Assembly (NCBI GenBank): GCA_965208675.1
Contig: OZ242351.1
Coordinates: forward strand, 832,001 to 896,000
Reading direction: 5' to 3'
DNA: 64,000 nucleotides
Source of the DNA: Candidatus Poribacteria bacterium
GTDB lineage: Bacteria; Poribacteria; WGA-4E; PCPOR2b
Made by a program: the position numbers and the translations under genes. Shown in pieces: positions 49,109 through 59,773 of the stretch (positions within the stretch are counted from its first letter, which is position 1; the number at the start of each line of letters is the position of its first letter). A model generated the notes under the pieces. That model did no database searches and was not told where the DNA came from. It worked only from the letters and a program-made list of their open reading frames with translations.

Positions 49109-52100
49109 TCAAACATAGCGATTATATTTTCGCTGTTCCCCGGCGCGAGTAGTACGATTGCTAGGTTTAACGGAATTGCTGCCGAAGAGTTCTTCAATTT
49201 GTGAGATTAGTTTGGGTTGAAATGGAATTCTGTATCGAGTGTCACATTGAGCAATAACCTCGCCGTACTTGGGGCTCATCAGATGCAGGATGAGGTCACA
49301 TTTGCCGCTGTTCTGTGTGCACAAGTTTTTTAAAGCATCAATCTTCTCCGTTCTATCAATGTCTGATTCCGGAATGGTGACTTCAACAGCCGATGTCATT
49401 TTATCGACGACCTGATTGATTGGCTGCACTTCAGAAGCCTGAATTTGACGCACATCCTCTTCCATTTCATCGTCATTTCGCTGGTTTCTCTGTCTTCCAG
49501 AACCGACATTGCCGCGTATCCATACGATATTCCCCGCATCTATAACGGACCTGGCATCTTTGTAAGCTTCCGGAAACACAACGACATCAGTGGCACCTTC
49601 CAAATCTTCGATGACCATAATTGCCATTGGCTCGCCCTTTTTGGTGTCGGTGAGATGCACTGAAGCTATTAAACCTGCCACGTATACTTCTGTGCCGTTG
49701 GAGTGTTCGACAAGGGATTGGCTGGACGCAGTTGTATAATATTTGAGGACATCGTCGTGTGCTTCCAATGGATGCCCGGAGAGATAGAAACCCAGTTGCT
49801 CCTTTTCATTCCTAAGCAGTTCATTATATGACCACTGCGGCACGTCATCAAGCACAATTTGTGAAATCGGCATAACCTGTTCACCCGCGCCAAAAAGGTT
49901 CATCTGCCCTTTTTCACGATCGGCTTGCGTACTTTGCGCCATTTTCATCACTTGCTCCAAGTTTGCAAAGTGTTGGGCTCTGTGTCCTTCAAATGAATCA
50001 AATGCACCTGCCATTATCAGGCTTTCAATAACCCGTTTGCTTACAGACTTTGAATCAACGCGTTCGCAGAAATCCTGGAGCGATGTGAATGAACCATCCT
50101 GATCTCGGGATTCCACTATGGCTTCAATCGCCCCTTCATTGACATTCTTGACCGCAGCTAACCCAAAACGAATGTCCTCACCGTCAACCGTGAAGTCCCA
50201 ACCGCTGCTGTTCACGTCGGGCGGCAGCACGTCCATCTTTATGTTGAGATACTCGGATAATTCTCGGCATTCAGCGATATACTTAACAATCTTATCACTA
50301 GAACCGGATTCGCCGCTCATCATTGACGACATGAATTCGCGGGGATAGTGCGTTTTGAGATACGCCGTCTGATAAGACATAATCGAATAAGCGACTGTGT
50401 GTGCACGGTTAAACGCGTATCGCCCGAACGGTTCAAGGTAGTCGAATATTTCCTCTGCCTTTGCCGCTTTGATTCCATTATTTACAGCGCCGTCAATGAA
50501 TTTTGCGCGTTGCATTTTGACAATATCCATTTTCTTTTTGCTCATTGCATCACAGAGAACGGCGGCTTCGCCAAGCGTAAACCCAGCCATATCCCGAGCA
50601 ATTTGCATCACCTGTTCTTGATAGATGCAAACGCCGTAGGTATTCTTAAGTGCATTTTCCAATGTTGGATGAAGAGATGTCGCCTTTTCAACCTTAAGTT
50701 TTCGGCGGATGTATTGATCCATCATACCGCTGTCAAGGGGGCCGGGCCGGTAAAGCGCAGAAATGGGTATGAAATCCTCAAAGTTGTTGGGTTTAATCTG
50801 CATGATGAGGCGGCGCATTCCCGGTGAGGTTTCCAACTGAAATAGTCCCGCGACAAGGCCGTGGCTAATAAGCTCGTATGTTTTTTCGTCATCGAGTGGA
50901 ATCTCTTCGAGCACAAGTTCAACACCGTGCCGCTCCTTAATCTGCGCGAGACAGTGAAAAACTTCACTCAACGTTCGCAGGCCGAGCAAGTCGAATTTGA
51001 CCATGCCGACATCTTCAAGCATCTTGAGATTGTATTGTGTTGCAATGCGGTCGTTCTTGTCTTTGAAAAGCGGGACATATTCAGTAAGAGGACCGTTTGC
51101 CAAAACAATGCCGCATGCATGGATTGAAACATGCCGCTTCATACCCTCAATCGACCTAGCGACCTTCATCATATCTCGATTGTCCGCGGCATCGGCAAGC
51201 TCCTGCAACCGCGGAACATTTTCCAATGACTCGTTGAGCGTTACCCCAGGAACGGCGGGAATTAATTGCGTCACTCTGCGAACATCCGAGACCGGCATAT
51301 CGAGTGCACGACCGACATCAGTAACAGCCGCTTTTGCAGCAAACGTACTAAATGTTGCAACTTGTCCAACGCACTCAGCCCCGTACTTTTCCGTCAGGTA
51401 ATCAATTACAATTTTGCGGTGTTCATCGCTGAAGTCGACGTCAATATCTGGCAGGCTAACGCGTTCAAGATTAAGGAATCGCTCGAACAAGCAATCGTAT
51501 TCTATGGGGTTGTAGGTTGTCACACCAAGCGCGTACATCGCCAAACTGCCACCTGACGATCCGCGGCCGATGAAGGGAATGTTCTGCTTTCGTGCAAAGC
51601 TGGCATAATCCCAAACAATCAGAAAATAGCCGGCGTAACCTGTTTTTTGGATTACATCCAATTCATTGTCCAGCCGCGTTTTCATCTCTGTCGAGATTTC
51701 ACCGTACTTTTCACAGAGGGCCGTATGGCATAGTTCTGCAAGGTAAGAATCTGCGGTGTAACCGTCGGGAACTTCGTATTTCGGCATAATGTGTTCCCCA
51801 TAGTCGAGTTCAAGCTGGCAGCGCTTAGCAATTTCAAGCGTATTGGTAATCGCTTCGGGTGGAAAATCTTTCAACGCCCCATGCATCTCATCCGTATTCT
51901 TAAAGTAGAATTCATTGCGGAAGCGGAGGCGATTTTCTTCATTCACCGTACGCTTCATCTGGATACACAACAACACATCATGCATCTTATGATCTGATTT
52001 ATCAAGGTAATGGCAATCGTTTGTCCCGACGATTGGCAGACCATGTTCTTGGGCGAGCTGCACCATTACCTCATAGGCGCGTTTCTCCTCGGGAATACCG

Positions 52101-52636
52101 TGATTCTGAACTTCGACATATAAGTTGCCACGCCCCATAACATCCTGAAGCACCCTGAAATTCTTTACCGCTGTTTCGCGTTGGTTTGATGCCAATAGCG
52201 CCGGGACATACCCCTGTATACATCCTGTCAGCGCGATGATGCCTTCACGGTATTCGCGTAAGATTTCCATATCGATTCTCGGCTTTGAATAAAACCCTTC
52301 AAGATAACCGAGCGAAACAAGCTTCATTAGGTTTCGATAGCCTGTGGCATTCTCCGCAAGCAAGGTCAGGTGATAGGGGCTGCCTTGCTCTTTTCCGCGC
52401 TCGTGCCGGCTTTCAGGGGCAACATAGACCTCGCACCCAACAATCGGATTGACGCCTTTATTCTTCGCCTGCTTGTAAAACTCCCACGCACCAAACATGT
52501 TGCCATGGTCCGTTAGTGCAACTGCTGGTGCACTCGTTTGATAAGCCCAATCAATCATGCCCGAGATTCGGCATGCACCATCAAGCAGGCTGTACTCGCT
52601 GTGATTATGTAGATGAACAAACCCTGGATTTGACAT
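49109..52636 (-). CDS. dnaE: DNA polymerase III subunit alpha
   Basis: PHP domain (FVHLHNHSEYSLLDG), PDIDVD, FNRAH and OB fold; no intein. Confidence 0.98.
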   Translation of the reverse strand: MSNPGFVHLHNHSEYSLLDGACRISGMIDWAYQTSAPAVALTDHGNMFGAWEFYKQAKNKGVNPIVGCEVYVAPESRHERGKEQGSPYHLTLLAENATGYRNLMKLVSLGYLEGFYSKPRIDMEILREYREGIIALTGCIQGYVPALLASNQRETAVKNFRVLQDVMGRGNLYVEVQNHGIPEEKRAYEVMVQLAQEHGLPIVGTNDCHYLDKSDHKMHDVLLCIQMKRTVNEENRLRFRNEFYFKNTDEMHGALKDFPPEAITNTLEIAKRCQLELDYGEHIMPKYEVPDGYTADSYLAELCHTALCEKYGEISTEMKTRLDNELDVIQKTGYAGYFLIVWDYASFARKQNIPFIGRGSSGGSLAMYALGVTTYNPIEYDCLFERFLNLERVSLPDIDVDFSDEHRKIVIDYLTEKYGAECVGQVATFSTFAAKAAVTDVGRALDMPVSDVRRVTQLIPAVPGVTLNESLENVPRLQELADAADNRDMMKVARSIEGMKRHVSIHACGIVLANGPLTEYVPLFKDKNDRIATQYNLKMLEDVGMVKFDLLGLRTLSEVFHCLAQIKERHGVELVLEEIPLDDEKTYELISHGLVAGLFQLETSPGMRRLIMQIKPNNFEDFIPISALYRPGPLDSGMMDQYIRRKLKVEKATSLHPTLENALKNTYGVCIYQEQVMQIARDMAGFTLGEAAVLCDAMSKKKMDIVKMQRAKFIDGAVNNGIKAAKAEEIFDYLEPFGRYAFNRAHTVAYSIMSYQTAYLKTHYPREFMSSMMSGESGSSDKIVKYIAECRELSEYLNIKMDVLPPDVNSSGWDFTVDGEDIRFGLAAVKNVNEGAIEAIVESRDQDGSFTSLQDFCERVDSKSVSKRVIESLIMAGAFDSFEGHRAQHFANLEQVMKMAQSTQADREKGQMNLFGAGEQVMPISQIVLDDVPQWSYNELLRNEKEQLGFYLSGHPLEAHDDVLKYYTTASSQSLVEHSNGTEVYVAGLIASVHLTDTKKGEPMAIMVIEDLEGATDVVVFPEAYKDARSVIDAGNIVWIRGNVGSGRQRNQRNDDEMEEDVRQIQASEVQPINQVVDKMTSAVEVTIPESDIDRTEKIDALKNLCTQNSGKCDLILHLMSPKYGEVIAQCDTRYRIPFQPKLISQIEELFGSNSVKPSNRTTRAGEQRKYNRYV

Positions 52637-52835
52637 TTCTCACCGTTTGCTATTGGAGTTTGACGTTCGCCGTGTTTGGAAGGAACCAAATGTAAGTGCC
52701 GCAGGTACTAAATTTAACAGGTGTATTTGTTGACTGTTTTGCAACTTTTGAGAAACGAATGAAGTCGTATTCCTTTTTATCGCCCTATCCGCCTTGCATT
52801 TTCGCCGTCTACTTGTTTGGACGGATGGAAATCTA

Positions 52836-53663
52836 TCACCGCTGCTTAGGAGGCGGAAGCCGCTTCTTAACCTCACGGAAGCGAAGAGAATCTTTCCGGA
52901 GATTGGGCTTGCGCGGTTGACGAGCAATTTGGGTGCGCACATTCTGAATTCGTTCATCAGTTGGAGGATGGGTTGAAAAAAACTGTTCAAGTTGACCCGG
53001 TTGTCGCTTATGTAATTGGCGCAGCGTTTCAAAAAACGTCGCTATTCCTTCCGGATCGATGCCGGCATCGCGCATTTGACGCACAGCGTAAGCGTCAGCT
53101 TCTCTTTCGGCATCGCGGCTGTATTTCATCAGCGCCCCAGTTCTGGCGATGGTGCCCGCAAGCTTCTCCAATTCGTTTGGGTTTTTACCCAGGACTATCT
53201 GTTCCAAAGCGGCAAACCCGAGCTGTTTGGTCAACTGCTTTGCACCGTGACTACCCACAACATGGCCAATCTCGTGCCCCATCACCCCCGCTAACTCAGC
53301 CTCATTTTCAGCAGCTCGGATTAGTCCAAGGTTGACGTATACATAACCGCCGGGTAACGCAAAAGCATTTACCTCTTCGGCGTCAACTACTTTGAAATGA
53401 TAAACGATGTTTTTCCGTTTAGAGTGCCGAACGAGACGCGCACCTAGTTGCCTGATGTATTCGCTAACGACAGGGTCCCGCCTATACAGCGTAAGATCTT
53501 TTTCAATCTCTGTCGAGAAACGATTGCCAAGCTCTACCTCATCTTCATCATCGAAAATATTTACATCACTTAATACTGCGGCGCAACTCGATAATCCACC
53601 GACTAAAATCACTGCTAATATGAGATTAACAGTAATTGGAACACTTAGACATATTTTTCGCAT
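52836..53663 (-). CDS. M48 family metalloprotease lipoprotein (BepA/YfgC-like)
   Basis: Lipobox LSSC, NAFALPGG, HEIGH, EREAD, STHP. Start could be 53696. Confidence 0.92.
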   Translation of the reverse strand: MRKICLSVPITVNLILAVILVGGLSSCAAVLSDVNIFDDEDEVELGNRFSTEIEKDLTLYRRDPVVSEYIRQLGARLVRHSKRKNIVYHFKVVDAEEVNAFALPGGYVYVNLGLIRAAENEAELAGVMGHEIGHVVGSHGAKQLTKQLGFAALEQIVLGKNPNELEKLAGTIARTGALMKYSRDAEREADAYAVRQMRDAGIDPEGIATFFETLRQLHKRQPGQLEQFFSTHPPTDERIQNVRTQIARQPRKPNLRKDSLRFREVKKRLPPPKQR

Positions 53664-53868
53664 TGGAGCGTTGAACCTATTGTAATAATAATCCACCTGG
53701 TACGAATAAACAGTGGCATCAGAGTAATTTTAAATAGATAGTTGATTACGTCAAATTCAATACATTTTGATTCATTTATAGGCGATATTATAACCGATTT
53801 TCTAAATCCTGTAAAGCGGTGCGTTTGTCTAAGCAAAAACTCCCAACAAACTAGTGAGACTATTGAAG

Positions 53869-54534
53869 TTATGGTTTCGCAGCTTTGAAATATAGGCAGT
53901 GCGCCGTAAAGGCGCACTCATGGCAGGCAGGATTTCGGGCATGGCAAATTCGGCGCCCAAATGTAATTAAGTTCATGTGAAACGACAACGACTTTCCCAC
54001 TGGGACGATTTGCGCCATGACTTCGTGAGCTTTTTCAGCCGTACAATTCGAAGGCACTAAACCGAGTCGCCGACTAATCCGCAGAACGTGTGTATCGACA
54101 GGAAAAACCTCATGTCCGCATGCGAAAGTAAGCGTGACCGAAGCAGTTTTTATGCCGATTCCTTTGTGCTGGCACAAGAATTGGATTGCCTCCGCCGTTT
54201 CCATTTCGCATATAAATTCCAAATCCAGTTCCCCATGATTTGCTTTAAGCCATGTCAGGAAATTTTTGATGGTCCGGCTTTTCTGGACATGCAGCCCTGC
54301 AATTCTAATTGTCTCCCCTATCTCCTCGACATCCGCTTTCTGTGCCTTTTCCCATGTAGGGAAACGCTCCTGGAGCGCCGTGAAACCCTTATCGCGATTG
54401 ACGTCGTTTGTGTTTTGAGACAGAACAGTGCGGATTAAGCAATCCAAGACATTCTCATCCGCTTCACGTTCAGGAATGCCGTAAAGTTCTTCTAAAGCGT
54501 CAGAAATTTTCCGCGTCTTATTTTTCAGATTCAA
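53869..54534 (-). CDS. nth: Endonuclease III / HhH-GPD DNA glycosylase
   Basis: LSQNT, GIGIKTA, FPVDTHV..., C-terminal CxxxxPxCxxCxxxxxC 4Fe-4S motif. Confidence 0.85.
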   Translation of the reverse strand: MNLKNKTRKISDALEELYGIPEREADENVLDCLIRTVLSQNTNDVNRDKGFTALQERFPTWEKAQKADVEEIGETIRIAGLHVQKSRTIKNFLTWLKANHGELDLEFICEMETAEAIQFLCQHKGIGIKTASVTLTFACGHEVFPVDTHVLRISRRLGLVPSNCTAEKAHEVMAQIVPVGKSLSFHMNLITFGRRICHARNPACHECAFTAHCLYFKAAKP

Positions 54535-54759
54535 ATAATCCCTCCAAACGGGGTAGTCAATTCATTGGATAAATAGAGACTAAATTGGGCAATCAATAAA
54601 GGCACAGATTCGTGCGGCGAGAAGTGGGGGCTTGCATGAGGGCATCTTGTAAAATCAATTATCTAAATTAGCGCCATGGTTCATTACTGCCCTGTCAGAA
54701 GAGTAAGGCACATGAGAACCCGAATCATGTTCTTCATTTTAGCAATCATTCGGAAAACA

Positions 54760-55518
54760 TTACCGCCTTCCTAATACCATCAACACTTCTTCCTTCGTCA
54801 TGCCTAGGAGTTCGTAAATTTGCTGATGCAACTCATCGCGTTGGCGCTCATTTTCCCGATAGAGTGCAGCTAATTGATCTCTTTCGATTATCCATTCCTG
54901 TTTTAACCTCTCACCTTCCTGGTGCATAAACTCGAGCTGTTCATCCGAAAACTCAATCTTCTCGGCTTCTCCCTCTGTCAGACCGAAGACTGAATAAGTA
55001 TTTTTCCAGTATTTTGTCAAAGCATCGTGTGCTGGCCTTTCTAAGTTTTCCAAAAATTCAAGTTCCATTGCCATGTCGTAGAGTTTGTCGTTAAGTTTCT
55101 TGTATTCGGGGGTTTTTCTGATGCGCCAATATCGCTGTTTGAGTTTTTCTTCATAACTCAACGGGGATTCATCAAGGGTATCTGTCAATGGTGTATCAGA
55201 ATTCGCATCATCCCAAGAACTTTTAACCCGCTCATTACGGTTTTCCGTCGAGTCCATGTTTTCCAGCGCAGCAATCGCTGCGTCAATATCTGCTTCACTC
55301 GGTAATTTGGAGTTTTGAACCGCTGTTTGAATCGTTGATGGTTGGGACGATTCCGAGACAACTGCACGCTTCGGTTCGGCGTGGGGCATTTCAGATTTTT
55401 CCTCAGATTCATAAACCATCCTTGTAAAAATGAGAGAAATCAGGAAAAACCCGACTCCGACGACAATTGCACTGATGACAAAGATTTTGTGAAAGTTTAA
55501 CTGATTTGAGATCTTCAT
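54760..55518 (-). CDS. Hypothetical membrane-anchored acidic helical protein (paralog B)
   Basis: RBS AAGGAGG and one TM; N-half near-identical to 55677-56474. Confidence 0.75.
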   Translation of the reverse strand: MKISNQLNFHKIFVISAIVVGVGFFLISLIFTRMVYESEEKSEMPHAEPKRAVVSESSQPSTIQTAVQNSKLPSEADIDAAIAALENMDSTENRNERVKSSWDDANSDTPLTDTLDESPLSYEEKLKQRYWRIRKTPEYKKLNDKLYDMAMELEFLENLERPAHDALTKYWKNTYSVFGLTEGEAEKIEFSDEQLEFMHQEGERLKQEWIIERDQLAALYRENERQRDELHQQIYELLGMTKEEVLMVLGRR

Positions 55519-55676
55519 CAGATTTTCCTCCTTTTGTGTTATTAGGGCTCCAGAAATTATTTGCCACAAGAATCTTATTCCTTAAGCGGAACCCTGAGTG
55601 ATTGTATTGCCAGTACATGTTGTATTTTCATAAGTAGTGAGTCCAACCCGTGTTGCATGTGGAAACACTGCTACGG

Positions 55677-56474
55677 CTAATACCGTTTTCGGAGTCTCTC
55701 TAATTCTCCTAATTCTCTGAGTCTGTCATATTCGTCTAAAGCGATTTCAAATTCCTCATTCGTCATCCCTAACACATCCAGTCTTCGCTGATGCAATTCA
55801 GCTTGTTTACGGTTATATTCATTAACGATACTAACATTTCGTTTCATTTCGGCATCAACTTCCTGGCGAAGCCTCTTGCCTTCCGCTATGAGAATTTCGT
55901 ACTCCTCAGCCGGGAGGTCCATCCCGCTATCGTATTCATGCTGAGTATAGCCGAACATTGCGTATGGGTTTCTATCGTGTTCCTCCAAGGCATCTTGGGC
56001 CGAGGTGTCAAGAGTGTCTAAATCCAGCATAGGGAAGTAACCAAATTCGTAATTAGCCTCTTGGTATTCCGGAGTTTCTGATATGAGTAAATATCGCTGT
56101 GCGAGTTCTTCCTCATAACTCAACGGGGTTTCATCAAGGCTATCTGTGAATGGTGTCTCAGAATTTTCCTCATCCCAAGAATTTTCAACCCCCTCATCGC
56201 GGCTTTCTGCTGTGTCCATGTTTTCCAGTGCGCCAATTGCTGCCTCAATATCTGCTTTACTCGGTAATTTGAGGCTTTGAACCGTTGACTGCTCTGCCGT
56301 TTCTAAGACAATCTCGCGCTGCTTCTGTTCAGGTATCCCCGTTTCGGTTGTCTTAGTCTCAGATTTATCAATGACTCGCGTAAAAATGAGAGAAAACAGG
56401 AAAAACCCGACTCCGACGACAATTGCACTGATGACGAAGACTTTGTGAAGGTCAAATTGTTTTCCCGATTTCAT
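55677..56474 (-). CDS. Hypothetical membrane-anchored acidic helical protein (paralog A)
   Basis: RBS GAGGAG and one TM; lies directly downstream of the ECF-WD40 gene. Confidence 0.75.
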   Translation of the reverse strand: MKSGKQFDLHKVFVISAIVVGVGFFLFSLIFTRVIDKSETKTTETGIPEQKQREIVLETAEQSTVQSLKLPSKADIEAAIGALENMDTAESRDEGVENSWDEENSETPFTDSLDETPLSYEEELAQRYLLISETPEYQEANYEFGYFPMLDLDTLDTSAQDALEEHDRNPYAMFGYTQHEYDSGMDLPAEEYEILIAEGKRLRQEVDAEMKRNVSIVNEYNRKQAELHQRRLDVLGMTNEEFEIALDEYDRLRELGELERLRKRY

Positions 56475-56508
56475 CGGTTTTCTCCTCTCTATCTATATAT
56501 ACGGGTTT

Positions 56509-59500
56509 CTACCGGTATTCAACAATTCCATCGAGTTCCCAGATACGCATGGTTCCATCACCCGAATTCGAGAGTAATTTCGCGCCATCGCGGCTGAAGT
56601 CTAACGAACTGATCTGTCCTCGATGTTCTCTCAACCCTGCGACGCTTTGCCATGTTTGTGTCTCAATGAGTTCGACAGCGTGGTCCGTTCTGCCCACCGC
56701 CAGCAATGACGTATCCGGATTGAGGGCAACGCTGAGTGGATAAACGAACTCTGGTGTCTTCGGTAGGTAGCCGGGGAGTAGCGTTTTGTCGACGGTGCCA
56801 CTAGCGATATCAAAGACCACGAAATTCCCCGACGCAAGTCCTGCGAATAACCGCTCGCCGTCCTTACTGAACTGCAAGAACATCGGCAAATTGGGAGTAT
56901 CCTGTTGACCATCTGCTTTCGGTTGCCCCCCTCCATCAAGCAGTGGCAAATCGGAAGGCATACTCAATTTCTGGCTTAGTTTACCCGTTTGCACATCCCA
57001 TATCCAGATGGCATCAAACTTGCCGCCACAGGCAAGTCGTTTCCCGTCCGGGCTAAACGCAAGTGCCCTCACCATTGGCTCTATTCTTCCTATGAATCGA
57101 AATAATCGGTGTAATGCCGGCTTTCCATGATTGACAAGTCGATTCACTTCGGTCGCTGTCGAAATGTCCCACAAGCTTGCGGTATAGGCATGTTCGCCAA
57201 TAGCAAGTTGCTTCCCGTCCGGGCTAAATGCCAGTGCGTGAGGGTCATTACGGTCAAAGGGAATACGATGAGTTACTTCCCGCTTTGTAGCATCCCAGAT
57301 TTGAATCTCTTTATGATTGATATCCGGAACCGCGACGTGATTATTTACCGGACTGACGGCGGAAATTCGCGGATAAAAATCTTTCAAGAAAATACCCTTC
57401 TCGATGATGTCCCCTGTATTCGCCTTGAAAAGTGAAAGGCTAGTACCTGTGCTGAGGATTGTGTCATCATCATGCAAGAAATTCGCACGCCATCCTAAAG
57501 ATATGCCCGGTCTGATCGTTACCGCCCGCGACAATTTCTGCATCCCCACATCCAGCAGTTTAACCGAAGCCCCTTCATTAAAAAGCAGGTGCGTATCGTT
57601 GAGAAATTGGCTATTTGTCATACCCTCGCCCACATGAACCAGTTCGCCTGTTTGGAAATTCCACACGGCGTTTCCCAGTGCGAGGTAACGTCCGTCGGGT
57701 GAGAAAGCGATTGAGTCATCCGCAACTGTGCCACCACGCACTTTGAAGGTCTTTCTGACCTCCCAATCAGTTGTATCTACTACATCAACCCGGCGTTCTT
57801 CCCACGCTCGGAACGCGAACCATTGACCCTCCGGGCTGTATGCGGAGGTCGTCACTGCCGGAACATCATACGGAATGTCGAATTTGTGTAGAATTTCACC
57901 ATTCTGGGGATTGATGAAAAAGAATTGGTGCGGGTTCTCACCATATTTGGCTCCCGATTTAAATATCATCAGTTGCCTCCCATCTGGACTATATTCCATG
58001 GCGTGAACGGCGGGGCCTTGGGTCTCCCATTCAAATGAGCGAATCCAATCGCCTGAAATCGGATCGATGAACATAATTTCATCCAAAGCCAACGCCACAG
58101 CGACCTCCTTCATCTCTGGATGGATTGCTGTGTGGTTAATAAAATCCCACGCCGCACCCGGCTGGGAGTAGACGCTTAGCTTATCGCCTTCTTTTCGTAC
58201 GCCACAAATACGGGGGATGTCTCGATCCCAGAAGTGCCAATCAACTTGGGTTGGTACGGAAGAAGGAAAATAGATATCGTCAGACAGCCGCAAGCCGTGC
58301 TCAGCAAACACGTTTCGCATGTCATCTGAAATGATCTGATTATCTAAATCGGTTGCAAACTCCGACCCAATGTGGAACAGGAATTTCATTTTAAATGAAT
58401 GAGTCCCAACCAAAGCTTGTTTCTCAATATCCCATACCTTTAACTGTTTCGTGCCGTGCCAGACCAGAAATCGGCTATCGCGGCTGAAAGTTGGGGATTG
58501 AATGTCTCCAGCGGTATCGACAGTGATTGGTGGTTGGTTACCATCGGGCTGATGCAGCTCCAAGCCAAATGGCGTAAGGACCGTAAACCGCTTCCCATCT
58601 GGTGACGTGGCAATGTCCTGAATGCGACCGTTGCCGATGACCTGTACAGACGTCACGCTGATTATGTCGCCAACACCATTCTGTCCGCCCGGTTCTACCC
58701 GTTTGGTTGGCACACCAATCCGTTTCTTCGGCGTGTCCGCTTGTGCTACCTGAATAGCCGAGTCGGTATTGAGTAACGACACGTTGACCGCATCCTGCGA
58801 CGCGCCACCGTCTCTGCCCGTTTGAAAAAGCCCTGTGAGTCCACCTAGCAACACAACGCTCAAAGCAGCAGCGAGCGGAAGCGGCGCGAACCGATGTGCT
58901 TTTGGTACGGGGGAACTCGGCACCGACGGCTTCGAGAGCGGAGCAATTTTGTCCAAGATTGCCAAACAAAAGTTGGGTTTGGCGGGCGAGCCGAAGTATT
59001 CTTCAAATGTACTTTTTAACCGCAGACCGAGCTGCTGGCGTGCGCGAAACAGACGGACTTTAATCGCCTCACGCGATATCCCCAAGAATTCCCCAATCTC
59101 TTTGAGGGTGAATCCGCTGAAGTAGTGCATTAGAACGACCAGCCGTTGTGATTCTGGTAAGGCATCAATCTCTTTTTTGACCGTGAGTTGCGTTTCTGGA
59201 TCACTATATATCGGTGAGGTTGTAGTTACCGTTTCAGCGGCAGATTCCAACGGTTCGTGAAATTGATGCTTGCGGTGCCACATTCGGCATTCGTTGGAAG
59301 CGATCGTATATAACCAACTCCGAAAAGCGTACGGTTTTTTCAGTTGTCCAAGGTTGAGATAGGCTTTGAGCAGCACCTCTTGTGTGGTATCTTTTGCGTC
59401 CTCTTCGCTTGGTACCTGGTTCAGACAATACGCATAGACTGCCCCTTGGTAGCAGTCAACCAAGAATACGAACGCGTCTTTATCCCCATCTAACACCGCC

Positions 59501-59532
59501 TTGACTAAACCGGCATCATCATCGTAACGCAT
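56509..59532 (-). CDS. ECF sigma-70 factor fused to TM helix and WD40 beta-propellers
   Basis: Region 2 (DAKDTTQEVLLKAY, FRSWLYTIA), region 4 (FTLKEIGEFLG...KVRLFRAR), one TM and many AFSPDG...WD repeats. Confidence 0.92.
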   Translation of the reverse strand: MRYDDDAGLVKAVLDGDKDAFVFLVDCYQGAVYAYCLNQVPSEEDAKDTTQEVLLKAYLNLGQLKKPYAFRSWLYTIASNECRMWHRKHQFHEPLESAAETVTTTSPIYSDPETQLTVKKEIDALPESQRLVVLMHYFSGFTLKEIGEFLGISREAIKVRLFRARQQLGLRLKSTFEEYFGSPAKPNFCLAILDKIAPLSKPSVPSSPVPKAHRFAPLPLAAALSVVLLGGLTGLFQTGRDGGASQDAVNVSLLNTDSAIQVAQADTPKKRIGVPTKRVEPGGQNGVGDIISVTSVQVIGNGRIQDIATSPDGKRFTVLTPFGLELHQPDGNQPPITVDTAGDIQSPTFSRDSRFLVWHGTKQLKVWDIEKQALVGTHSFKMKFLFHIGSEFATDLDNQIISDDMRNVFAEHGLRLSDDIYFPSSVPTQVDWHFWDRDIPRICGVRKEGDKLSVYSQPGAAWDFINHTAIHPEMKEVAVALALDEIMFIDPISGDWIRSFEWETQGPAVHAMEYSPDGRQLMIFKSGAKYGENPHQFFFINPQNGEILHKFDIPYDVPAVTTSAYSPEGQWFAFRAWEERRVDVVDTTDWEVRKTFKVRGGTVADDSIAFSPDGRYLALGNAVWNFQTGELVHVGEGMTNSQFLNDTHLLFNEGASVKLLDVGMQKLSRAVTIRPGISLGWRANFLHDDDTILSTGTSLSLFKANTGDIIEKGIFLKDFYPRISAVSPVNNHVAVPDINHKEIQIWDATKREVTHRIPFDRNDPHALAFSPDGKQLAIGEHAYTASLWDISTATEVNRLVNHGKPALHRLFRFIGRIEPMVRALAFSPDGKRLACGGKFDAIWIWDVQTGKLSQKLSMPSDLPLLDGGGQPKADGQQDTPNLPMFLQFSKDGERLFAGLASGNFVVFDIASGTVDKTLLPGYLPKTPEFVYPLSVALNPDTSLLAVGRTDHAVELIETQTWQSVAGLREHRGQISSLDFSRDGAKLLSNSGDGTMRIWELDGIVEYR

Positions 59533-59577
59533 AATTTCCTCCTAACCTGAACCGTTCAATAGTTAAATTTCAGCAGA

Positions 59578-59607
59578 TTAGATGCGAGAATTGAGGAAAC
59601 GGTTACA
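59578..59607 (-). promoter_or_regulatory. ECF-type promoter TGTAAC-N17-CATCTAA
   Basis: About 45 nt upstream of the ECF-WD40 start; RBS AGGAGG. Confidence 0.6.
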
Positions 59608-59773
59608 CGAAAAATAAAGCTTAGCGGGATTTCAAGTTGCCTGAAGTAATAGAGGAAATATTGGTCGGCGGCCCATTTAGAATAATTCTCTACTGAGTTT
59701 ATCGCCGCTGGCAGTCGGTTTTAAATTATTGGAATGCGTGCCGCATAGCGTGATGTCCAAACGACATATTTCA

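Noticed and set aside
49109-52636. Intein or split dnaE
   Set aside because: Normal length, with continuous motifs and no intein signatures.
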